DNA of 64,000 nucleotides from Sarea resinae (Eukaryota): NCBI GenBank assembly GCA_026026165.1, contig JAPEUD010000005.1, positions 248,001 to 312,000 of the forward strand, read 5' to 3'. Shown piece by piece: positions 24,561 to 35,560 of this stretch (position 1 is its first letter; each line of letters starts with the position of its first letter). The notes under the pieces were generated by a model. It saw only the letters and a program-made list of their open reading frames with translations, ran no database searches and was not told where the DNA came from. The position numbers and the translations under genes were made by a program.

Positions 24561-24706
24561 GATGACGCTACCATGCGCATGATTCGTGACTCGGTGAGTA
24601 AGTGACTAAGTGAATGTGTGTGTGCACGCCCAATATCCATTTAACCCCCCCGCCCCTTTTCACCCACCCAAAAAGAAACCCAGCAGCAGACCAAAACCTC
24701 AAAACC

Positions 24707-26812
24707 TCAGAAGTCAAACTCGGCCCGAAACGCATCGACGTCCATGCCCGCACCCACGGAATCCGCCAGATCCCGGCGGCCCATGAGCGAGAAGACGCGG
24801 CGCAGGGTGTCGTAGAGATTCGTGCTCGAGTTCTGATGGATCATGCGATCGAGGCCGGCGTCGCTGATGTCGGGGCCGACGACCTCGCGGGCACGCTGGC
24901 GGCCCTCGCGCTCGACCACCTTGTGCATGGCCAGCGCGCCGAGCAGGTGCTGCGCCGCCTCGTCGTAGCAGCCGATGTTGATGCACGACACGCCGAGGTT
25001 GTAGCGCGCCCGCACAAAGTTGGGCCGCAGCACGAGCGCCTTCTCGTACGCCGCAATGGCTTCCTCGGACCGGCCCGAGTTGGCCAGCGTCGCGCCGAGC
25101 CGGTTCCAGAGCAGGTGCAGCTGCGATTTCTCCGTCGACGCGCCCGCCTCCGACGACGCCAGCGCCGCGCTGAAGCAGTCGACCGCCTTTTCGTATTCTT
25201 CCGCCCCGTAGAAGAGCACACCCAGCCCCACCTGCACGTCCGGGTCCATGTGGTCGCCGTCGGGCGAGAGCTGCGCCGCCGAGATGTAGAGCTCCGTCAC
25301 TTTCTCGTGCAGTGCGTGCCGGTCGGTGAAGCCCATGTCTTGATGCAGGGGGTCGGTGGAAGTGGGCAGCGAGGAAGACGGAATCAGGGTCGGGTATTTG
25401 GTCGCGAGCCAGCGCTCCAGCGTGCGGTAGGCCGTCGAATCGTAGCCTTCGTTGGTGTACGAGACCGCAAGGCCCATGAGGGCGGCGAGGTTGGATGGGT
25501 CGATTTTGAGGGCTTCTTCTAGCGCACGGATAGCGGGCGTCTCCTTTTCGTTCTGTGCCTGCGCAGAGCCCAACATGGACCAGGCTTCTACGTGTTCCGG
25601 GTCCTTTTGGACGGCCGCTTCGAAGGCGAGGGCCGCCAGCGACAAGTTGCCGCCCTCTTCGAGGATGCGCATGCCCTCGCCGAACGGGTCGCCGAGGTCC
25701 TTGAAGAAATTCTCTTCCTCGAACATGTATTCGCTGAGCTGTGGGTCCGCTAGTCCGCCATGAGTGTTGAGATTCTCGAAGCCTTCCCACGAGTCGAAAT
25801 CGCCCATGTGCATCCCTTCGCCGAGGCCAGAGAAGTGCGTGTCATCTGCCATCGACCTGGAGGCGCCATTGGCAGTCTTCTCAGCTTGGATGCCCCTCCA
25901 GATGGACTCAAAGTCTCCAAACTCATTGGCTTCAGAGAAAACTGACCTGTCGGTTGCATTGAGCTCTGCCTCAATCGCCGCGTTAGCCTCCGCGTCCAGA
26001 TCCCGTTGCCCCTCGGCGTCAATCTGTGCAAAGTGCTCTTCCCAGTTCTGATCATCGAGCTCGACCATGCGGCCCTTGCCTTTGCTCTTGGCTTGTGACA
26101 AGTCTTCCGCGGGCCGTTGTACCCCCATGCCATATGGTCGATTCATCATGCCCATACCTCCCATACCTCCCATGCCCATATTCACGCCGTAGCCCATACC
26201 CATCGGTGATTGAAAGCCATTCATGCCATTCATAATGGTCGACATGTGGGAAGGTGGAGTTGCCGTTCGTTCGGTGGGATTCTGTCTCATATTCTGAAAT
26301 CGTGCGAATTCCGCGGGGCTAAAGCTACCACTCTCAGGAGTTCGAAAAGCAGCTCCCATTCGGGCTTGCTCGCTGATCTCGGGATTGTACTCGGATGCCC
26401 ACTCCATCGAGCCAGGATTAACGGAGGTTGCTTGGTAATTCTCGAGCTCACGACGCATCTGCTCCATGGCGAAAGGCGACGCCGGACCTTGCGGTAATTG
26501 ACCGGACTGCTGGAGAAATTCATCCATCATCTGTAGAATAGAGTGAGCAATAAAACCGGACCTTGAAATAAGAGAGCAGTGGAAAGATCGTCCGCCCAGC
26601 CATAGGTGGTAGACGGAAGCTCGAATGAGGGATCCTCATACCTTGTCTTGCCCGCCGGCCATCCCCCGACTCCGCATCCCCTCTGGAAGGCCTCCTGGCG
26701 TCCTTCCGACGAGACGATCCCTTTGTAATGACTTGTCATCTTGGACATGCTTGGTGAACTGACTCAAGGGGTTGCCGGCCGTCGAGCACTCGGCGCCACC
26801 TAGGAACGACAT
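24707..26812 (-). CDS. PEX5: Peroxisomal PTS1 receptor
   Basis: MSFLGGAECSTAGNPLSQF with the conserved N-terminal Cys; intron 26641-26531; WxxxF/Y motifs (WASEY, WEEHF); TPR repeats LWNRLGATLANSGRSEEAI..RARYNLGVSC. Confidence 0.97.
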
Positions 26813-27479
26813 GCCGACCCGATTTTAGAAAAGCACGACGTGACCTCACAAAAGAGCAACCATGAAAGGTCTAACAAACGATCCAGCCAATATGCAAAAG
26901 GTGTATATTCAAGAGACGGTCGTTGCGAAGATGGTAAAATGTAGACAATTTGAGGTTTGATAGATGCCTACTCGGAGTAAGTGGAGATGTGCAGCCGTGC
27001 TGGCAGCTTGTGCATTGTATTGCGTCGTGTGGGGTTTGAGGTTCGGCGATCTCCAATTCGCCTCGGCCCATCGGCCTTTACGTCAGCTGTCTACAAGGGA
27101 ATCGTAGCCCGAAAGTATCTTCGTACACTTAAGCTCCATGTCGAAAACATGGCAATTTTCACTCTTTTTCGTCGGTCCAGGTCAGGCATTTCAAATCAAT
27201 GACAGCTAGAGTATCACCGCGATCCGACAAAGAATTATATGAAGAATGGAGAGTTTCTGATCAGAGCCTTATGCGACTTGTAAACTAGAAATAAACCCAG
27301 CATGCCCAGTGCTTACCTTTCAATGGTATTGTCTTCACATGATAATGTACAAATTAAGACCTAGACAAAATACACGGAAGAAATCACAAAACTTTGAAAG
27401 ACAAGCAGAGTGGAATCCTCGCAGGGTCCATGATGACCGTTCTTTGAAACGGTAAAAGACTCATGACATCCAAAGCACT

Positions 27480-28598
27480 TCAGTTTTCAGTTGGCTCGGG
27501 GGCGGGGGTCGACGGCTGCTTCCTCCCTGTGGAGGGCTTGCCGTAATCAACCTTGATTCTCCTGCCATGGATCTCCTTGCCTCGGAAATACTTGTGGGCC
27601 TTTGTTGCGCTAGCTTCATCCGTGAACTCTGCGTGGAGGAATCCTCGGGCCTGGCCGGTTCTTCGATCGATCGCAACCCTGACGTCGGTGACATTGTCGA
27701 CATCATGGAAGAGCTCGTTGAGATCTTGATCCGACATCTCATAGGAGAGGTTGCCGAGGAAGATGGTGTCCGAGGGTGCATTCCTCTGCAATGCGGGGGT
27801 TCGAGGAGTAGTAGGTCTTCTGTTGGCGAGTTGTACGACGATGTCACGTCCGTTGAAGGCCTGGCCATTCGCACCGTCGACAGCCTTTCTAGCAGTCGCG
27901 GCGTCTGCAAGCTCTACGATAGCAAATCTAGCGCTCAAGTGGTTAGCCATCGGGACAACTCTTCTCGGCAAGAGAAGCATACCCTCTTCGTTTGCCGTCC
28001 CTGAGAGGCATGATAACTTTCTCTACTCGGCCAAACTCGCTAAAGAGCTCCTTCAGATCCTCTTCGTCGTTTGTCCAGGGAAGGTTTGCCACGAAGATGG
28101 ATCGCTGCTCTTGCTCGGGAGGAGCAAATCTCGTTGCTCGCGCGGCAGTCTCAGCAGCATCGGTGACGGTCTCCTTTGCCGACTCTGCTGTCTCTGCGGC
28201 GGACCCAGCAGCGTCGGAGACCTTGGCGGAAACGGCAGACGAAGCCGATGAGACGGCCGAGGCAACGGTAGAGTGGTCATCGCTGTCTGCCGATGATGGA
28301 ACCGGGCTCGCCTTTGGCTCGCTTGTCGAGGGTGTAGGTACTGACTCTGTCGCTGTGGCTGCCTCTTTTGCTTTTAATTCCGCCTCGTCACTGGCCCATC
28401 TTCGCTGCTGGAGAAGGATGTTTGATTGCCGACTGGCACGGAGGACGAGAGGACTGATGGTGGAAATGGAACGAGGTTTTGACAAGATTGACGAGCTCGA
28501 CGTTGAGAGGGCGCGGCAGGCCGAGCGGCGGAAGCAATACCTGGAAAAGTCAGAGAATGGCAACGCGGCGAAAAGGAGAGTCGAGCTTTGCCTTACAT
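27480..28598 (-). CDS. Two-RRM RNA-binding protein with a probable mitochondrial presequence
   Basis: Start AT^G split by intron 28596-28541; intron 27982-27928. N-terminus MYCFRRSACRALSTSSS..RRWAS. RNP2/RNP1 motifs IFVANL..RGFAIVE and IFLGNL..RGFLHAEF. Confidence 0.88.
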
Positions 28599-29815
28599 GA
28601 TGAAGGGTGATGGGAGGAGAAGTCGGAGAGACAATCCAAGCAAGGAACAGAGAGGCGATGATCAGCAGAGACTGATGCTAGGAATTGATTCGAGGTCACA
28701 CCGTAAGAGGCAGAGAGGAGAGGATGGAGAGAGATGGGAAATGATGGAGGCAAAGAGGTAAAGGGAATCTCAAGCTACTTGCATTTCCAGTCGAACCTTT
28801 TTCTCCAAATCTTAAGCGTCGGAAGATTCCTCATCGATGAGCCGCTCGATGTGGCGCTTGTCCGCGATCCGGTTAGTCTGCCGCGGTCAGCGAAAGCACT
28901 CGGTACCTAGAGTAAGGTACCTACCCGAGTCACGTGCCGAGGCTCTCTCTCTCTGTGCCCCAAAGATGGATTACCTAAGCGCACCGGTATCATCGATAGG
29001 TGAGGATCATTGATACCTCCTCGTCCTGGGCAGCTTCCAGTTACTATGGAGCTCGAAGCCTCAGATCAGTAAACGACTCCCACCTGCTTTGCCGCTCTCT
29101 TGAGCCGGTCCCTGAATAAATACCTAGAATGCTGCAATACCCTTACCCCACTTCTTTGGCATTACCATGCAGTCTTATTGATACTGAGTACTGCCCTCAC
29201 TCCTACAGAGCAAGCAGAGCAGCCGGCAGGGTTTGCTGCATTCGCTTCCATGACGGGCCTGAGCCTTGGCCAGGCTAAACCCCAGATTTTCCCCAATGAT
29301 AACCCTAAATTCCCTGCCCTGCCCACCACACTACCTGCCTAGTACTATCCGTAAACATACTAACCTCCAGCCCCAACTCTTGTACGGTAGACAGCCGGAG
29401 CGGGATTTGGTTCACAACCACGCCCGTTACTGGACCGTGGACGAGGGCAGCTCAGGTATTGATACATCTCCAGTCCCCTCATTACCCCCTCATTCTCCCC
29501 CTTCTCCTTCCCGCCGCAGACTCGCGATCCTTGACCATCGGGGTAGACGGTTCTACTCGCTGGCACTTGTTGACCGGATCCCACGTCCCTCCTCCGCATT
29601 CCAGCTCCTACCTGTAGGTACGTGGACGGGTGTGTGGTTGCCAAGCCGGCAGTGATAACGGTATCTCGAACGGGTGCTGCTCGTGCACGATCCAGATGGC
29701 TATATGATGGTAGCTGCACTCTGATACTTTGGTTTTGCTCTGCAAATTCTCCAGCAAGATAGGTATTCTTCTATTTCCCAAGTCAAGACTCAAGCGTCAA
29801 GGATCAAGCAGAAGA

Positions 29816-31438
29816 ATGTCTCTTTCATTGCTCCTCACGCCTTACCTGCCGTTCCTCATCTTGGCTCTATATTACCTTCTGCCCTACTTCCGTAATCGTG
29901 CACTCCGAGATATACCAGGCCCCTTTCCCGCCGCTATCTCAAACGTCTGGCTTCTCATGCAATGCCGTCAGGGGAAAAGATATCTTGCCGTCGATCAGGC
30001 ACACAAGCAACACGGGACTTTTGTTCGCATCCAGCCAGACCATGTCTCCGTTGCTGATGCGGATGCCATCCCAATCATCTATGGCCACGGCAATGGCTTC
30101 TTGAAAAGGTTTGCTGCTCGGATGCCTAGACATGACCCTGTGCTGACGACTGCCTTAGCCACTACTATGATGCTTTCGTCTCCATCTATCGCGGCCTTTT
30201 CAACACCCGTGATAGAGCCGAACACACTCGCAAACGCAAGATCGTCTCGCACACCTTCAGCGTCAAGAGTATTGGCCAATTCGAGCAATACATGCATCAC
30301 AACCTCGAGGAGCTCGTTCGACAGTGGGACAAGCTGTCGACCTCAGCGAATGGAGCCTACGTCCCCATGGATGCCCTCCACTGGTTCAACTACCTCGCCT
30401 TCGACATCATCGGCGATTTAGCATTCGGTGCTCCCTTCGGTATGCTCTCTCGTGGTGAAGACATCGCCGAGGTGCGAAAAACGCCGGACGCAGAACCTAC
30501 CTTTGCCCCGGCCATCCAGGTCCTCAATCGCAGAGGAGAAGTATCTGGAGCTCTAGGCTGCCTGCCCGAACTGAAGCCATGGGTCCGTTACTCGCCCGAC
30601 CCTTTCTTTCGCAAGGGCCTCCAAGCCGTGGAGAATCTCGCCGGTATAGCTGTTGCGCGTGTCAACGAACGACTAGCCAGTGGACAGAAATCAGAACGTG
30701 TCGATTTACTGGCTCGACTGATGGAAGGCCGTGATGCAGAAGGAAGGCCATTGGGACGAGAAGAGTTGACGGCAGAAGCATTGACGCAGCTTATTGCAGG
30801 AAGCGACACCACGAGCAATACTTCATGTGCCTTGCTCTTTTGGTGTCTCAAGACGCCTGGTGTGATGTCCAAACTGCAAAAAGAGCTCGATGGAGCTATG
30901 CAGGGTTCCGGGGATGCGGTGCCGGATTTCAAAACCGTCAAGGACCTCCCCTAGTACGTCCTGTTCCCAAACACAACATCCACTCCAAACTAATCAGAAA
31001 TACTTCTGGGATAGTCTCCACAATGTCATCAACGAAACAATGCGTATTCACAGTACCTCCTCGCTCGGCCTTCCACGTCTCGTAACTACGCCCTCCGGCA
31101 TCACTTTCAAGAACCACCATTTCCCCCAAAACACCGTCCTCTCCGTTCCCGCCTATACGATCCACCTCTCCCCCGCCATCTGGGGACCCGACGCGCACCT
31201 CTTCCTCCCAGAGCGCTGGGACACGGTTACGGAAGTCCAAAGAGCAGCCTTTATCCCATTTAGCCACGGACCGCGCGCTTGTGTCGGCCGAAACGTCGCC
31301 GAGATGGAGCTGGCACTCATCGTGGCCACTGTGTGCCAGAGGTACGAGTTCGAGCTCTATCAGGAAGAGCTGGAGACGCGGGAGGGGTTTTTGAGGAAGC
31401 CATTGGGGTGTCGGGTGGGTATGCGGAAGAGGTCGTAG
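29816..31438 (+). CDS. bphA: Cytochrome P450, CYP53 family (benzoate 4-monooxygenase-like)
   Basis: Introns 30109-30158 and 30954-31014. Motifs AGSDTTS, ETMR, PERW and heme FSHGPRACVG, plus CYP53-typical FNTRDRAEHTRKRK and TREGFLRKP. Confidence 0.92.
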
Positions 31439-32496
31439 CGGGTACGTGTCAGCGGGCGCAGCCTAAGCTAGTGCCAGCCTGATGAAGAGGGGGGATGACT
31501 ATGTAAATCACTTGGATATTGGATTATTTTGATTAGGGTTCGCAAATTTCACGTAGACAGGATTGAGCCGTGATATTTCTGTCAAAGTCGTTCAAGCTAT
31601 AGCTAACTGGGAACCCAAGGGTTGATTTACGGTTAGGTAAGCAATATTTAATCAACATGAGTCGACTTCCCACCGACGAGGACTGGGAGACACGGTTTCT
31701 CTGTCCACAAGCCACCGGCTGTTGGCATGCGTGCGCATATCCAAAGCAGTCAGCCTCTCAATCAGCTACCTCCAAGCTCATTCCTGTCGGTGTGCCGGCT
31801 TATTCGTTTTACTTATCTGCAAAACCATGCATGTTCATCCCCGTAAGTGGCAGTGAGCTTACTGTAGAATTCTTGGGTGTAGGCAGGTGTGTCGTTTGCT
31901 TCTTCTACTTCCGACCGTACATATATGGCTTCCACATAATTCCTACCAACCGTTACAACAGCCACGACGACAAGGCCCACATTCCACGCCCTCCCACCTA
32001 GCTTTTATCATCGAGGTTATATCTAGCTGGCCCGCTCAAGCTAAAATACGGAGATTATGGTCTAATATACTCTGAAGCTCTCAACCAACACCCAAGAGGG
32101 GCTTATTAGGTTCACTATCTATTATCTGGAAAAAGCTTAAGGAGACCTGTCGTCAGGACATGGACATCAAAACCCGAAGATAAGGCCAAGGAACTAGAAG
32201 AGTAATCTAGGTAGAACAATTATATTCGGAAACATTATATTTTATATCAAAACAACGAAGCAGCGAGACGCTAGATGCAGATTACAAGTACCGCGCTCAG
32301 GTAGCGCCATGTCGTGTACACTCCTCTACGAGCCCGTTTCACTTGCTCGAGGTAATATTCGGACGGAGGCACGGTCCAGCGGTCGATCCCAGGACTCCAG
32401 CGGTCTCTAGTCGTCCGACCTACATATATATTCCAAGACACCAGAAACATCCGAAATGGAAAGATATAATGATCAACACACACCTATGCGCATGCG

Positions 32497-34407
32497 TTAG
32501 CGACGGTAAAGAAACGAAAAGATATCGGGGTTTCTGGGATCGAAATTCGGGTCTCTGGGGTCGTCGGGGCCGGCAGCGGCGTCTATTGTCGATCCATCCG
32601 AGTCCGAGGCCGAATCTTCCATGGACTCATCCGCGTCTTCCATGGACTCGTCCGAGTCTTCGGCCTCTTCTGACTGCTCTTCCTGTTGCTCCTCTTCGAC
32701 TTCTGATTGGGGCTGTACATCGGACATCAGCTCATCGGAGTCGGAGCCTGGATCCTGACCATTGATGGCGTTGTCGTTGTGTTGTTCTTCTCCTGCCAAT
32801 TCATCTAGAGATCCTAGATCCGAGTCTTCACTGGTGTCGTTGTGTCCACCTCCTAGATGCTGATGCTGCTGGTTAGCTTGTTCCGAGGGCTGCGCGTTAT
32901 TGCTCTCGGAAGCTAATGGCTGACTCTGCTCGACGTCCATCTCATCATCGTCGGAGAAATATGCCACTGGCATCCATTCGGGTTCGGGAGCAGACTCGAC
33001 CTTGTACTCCTCAATCTTCCGCCTATAGAAGTCGCGTCCCGCGGCCGGGAACTCCATGGCCGTCCACAACTCTTCAATGTTAAAATCCGCCCAGTCCTTC
33101 CCCAGCCACCATCCGCGCACGCCGTCGGCCGTCTCTGCATCGTTAGCCAACTTGAACGCGAAGCGGACGAGGCGCACAAGAAACCGGACCCACCAGATCA
33201 CCTCCTCAGGGTCGAGCGTGCCGGCGTGTTGCCGGAACTCGATCGTATTCGGCAGATCCAGCCGCTGCAGATAGCTCCAGTTGACATAGTAGCCCTTGCC
33301 GCCGCCCATCAGATGGCAGAAGCCGGGCAGCTCTTTGCCCTGGCCCTCGAAGATGCGCCGGCGCAGGTCCGCCACGGGCGCGTACAGCCGCGGCCGCTCC
33401 TCCTCGCACGTCTCGCCCGTCGCCGCGTCCACGACGACCGTCCGCGTGTCGTACTCGGCCTCGAGCATGTGCACGGCCTTGTTCGACGCGATGTTGAGCT
33501 CGTTCTGCGACCCCGTCGTGCGCCGCCGCGCCAGCAGCAGCGACGACACTGCGTCCTCGTGCGTCAGCGTCAGCAGTGCCAGCTGCTGCGCCACGACATG
33601 GGGATACTTACGACCGTCCGGCAGACCGACGTGGACGTGCATGCCGCACAGGTCCGTCACGAACGCCTTATACAGCGCTTGGCCCTCGCCGCGCAGCGTC
33701 GCCAAGATAGTGCTGATCTCCGCACTCGCGGCACTGGTACCGGCGCCGGCATCATCACCACCATCTAGGTCCCTGGTCGAGAACACGCGCGACACCACCT
33801 CGACGCCCGCACTGTCCCACCGCTCAAGTTCATCCTCGGCCCGGATCCGCAGCGGGCCCAGCTCGCGCTGCAGCCGTCCGCGCGACGCCGCTTGCAGCGA
33901 GGTATCGTTCTCGACCCACCAGTCGTCGAAGACAGCCATCTTGTCGTCCGGGGGCGGGATACGAAGGCCAGGCCGCACCGGCCTCAGGAGATCCTGGGCG
34001 ACGGCCAGGGCCTCGTCGGCGTACGTGCGCACATCGACGCCGTCGGCCTCGCGCGAGACCCAGATGACGGGCCACAGCTCGCCGTCGCGGCCGCGACACG
34101 TGCCGGGTCCCGTGCCGCCCGCGGGCCGCTGCGAGAAGGCGCCCGGTGCCGGCTGAATCCCCCATGATTGGTAGTCGCGCCGGTTCTTCTGCCCGTGGTA
34201 CGCGTTGCCTGCCGGACATAGCGCGATGCGGTCTTCCCCGCCGATGTCCTTGAGCAGGGTCGCGCCCGCGGGCAGGTTTGGTGTTAGCTTGTCTTCGTGG
34301 AAGGCGAGGATGGATTCGAATTCGATGCCGAAGGTCAGCTCGACTTGTTCTGTTTTGTCTTCTGACCCTCCCTGCTGTTGCTGCTGCTGCTGCTCTTGAG
34401 CTGCCAT
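32497..34407 (-). CDS. Putative amidoligase family protein (Amidoligase_2-like) with acidic tail
   Basis: Intronless; ATG 34407 downstream of a TATA-like element. Motifs LTFGIEFE, VEVVSRV, CGMHVHVG, TIEFRQHAGTLD. Confidence 0.8.
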   Translation of the reverse strand: MAAQEQQQQQQQGGSEDKTEQVELTFGIEFESILAFHEDKLTPNLPAGATLLKDIGGEDRIALCPAGNAYHGQKNRRDYQSWGIQPAPGAFSQRPAGGTGPGTCRGRDGELWPVIWVSREADGVDVRTYADEALAVAQDLLRPVRPGLRIPPPDDKMAVFDDWWVENDTSLQAASRGRLQRELGPLRIRAEDELERWDSAGVEVVSRVFSTRDLDGGDDAGAGTSAASAEISTILATLRGEGQALYKAFVTDLCGMHVHVGLPDGRKYPHVVAQQLALLTLTHEDAVSSLLLARRRTTGSQNELNIASNKAVHMLEAEYDTRTVVVDAATGETCEEERPRLYAPVADLRRRIFEGQGKELPGFCHLMGGGKGYYVNWSYLQRLDLPNTIEFRQHAGTLDPEEVIWWVRFLVRLVRFAFKLANDAETADGVRGWWLGKDWADFNIEELWTAMEFPAAGRDFYRRKIEEYKVESAPEPEWMPVAYFSDDDEMDVEQSQPLASESNNAQPSEQANQQHQHLGGGHNDTSEDSDLGSLDELAGEEQHNDNAINGQDPGSDSDELMSDVQPQSEVEEEQQEEQSEEAEDSDESMEDADESMEDSASDSDGSTIDAAAGPDDPRDPNFDPRNPDIFSFLYRR

Positions 34408-35560
34408 TTTCTTTCTCCTTTCGACAGCGGTGTATATAAAAGATGAAGTATAGTAGAGACCAATAGACGAGCGTCCAGCGCTGAATGTCCAAAATCGATA
34501 AACAGAGAAAGACAAAGACAACGAAAAGAAAAGGGGGCAAGCTAAGCAAGAGGTTTCAAAAACCAAGCAGCCAAATCCGTCCAAACAAAAGTCCAAAGCG
34601 GCCCGCGCTTCAGATACCCACAACAAGAACTATATCGTAGCTCTTGCCAACAGAAACTAAAGTCAAGTAAAGTAAAGCAATATAAAGCAAAATAAGTATA
34701 TTCTCAGCCAACCCAAACCGAAAGCCAAGACAGACAAAGAAAGGACACGAGCGATCAAAACCAATCAATACCAGATCGATCGATATAATACTCCACAGAC
34801 AGACAGACAGACAGACACACTAATACACTGGAAATTATACCGAAGAAAAAAAAACTTATGGAAAGAGGAGAAGAGGACGGGTTTTAGGAGACAGGGGAAA
34901 AGGGGGGGGGAGAGGGGCTTGTTCAGGGTTATATATATATACACATATATTGGTTCGCCATTTCCTGGTTCTTGTTTCTTAGTCCCGCTTTCTAGTGTCC
35001 TGTCTTGCCTTGTCTTTTCTGTTTGTTTGTTTGTCTGTTTGTTTCCTTGTTAGCTGACTGGTTAGTCACTCGCATGATACCTTAACCTTTATTATCCCTT
35101 TTCGCGTCTTTGTCTTTGTCTTTGTCTCCATCTCCCTCTTCGTCTCTATCTTCACCAAGTAACAATCTCGACCCAAACAAAAAGAAAAAGAAAAGAAAAG
35201 GGCCAGCAGGTAGATCAAATCGACGGTCAAGCGAAAGCTTCTCTATATGTGACTTAGATTGACTACCTACCTACGCTACGTTGCGTACGCACCTAAGGTA
35301 GGCAAAGTGAGATGGCTGTACTCGAACTCGGACGCCGGGAAAACCAGACCAAGACCTCGTTGGGTATTCGGTCTGTTGCGGAAGCGCAGGACAAAGGAAC
35401 AACAGAACAGGAATTAAACGACGAGCCGCCCGCCCCGTTTCCCCCACCAAAGAAAACACGACAAAGAGAGGGAAAACAAACGCCATTAAGAAAAAGAACA
35501 AGTGCATCAAGGGATATATGAATATCGATCTATGAATGAAAAGAAAAAGAGGTCTTGTCC

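Noticed and set aside
24614..25790. Long antisense or alternate-frame ORFs over PEX5 (also over BNA4, the amidoligase, TPA1 and GLY1)
   Set aside because: Expected shadows of GC-rich codon usage, with low-complexity Arg/Ala/Gly translations.
34408..34626. 73-aa N-terminal extension of the amidoligase ORF from a TTG
   Set aside because: It runs through a TATA-like element and T-rich low-complexity DNA. ATG 34407 has strong context.
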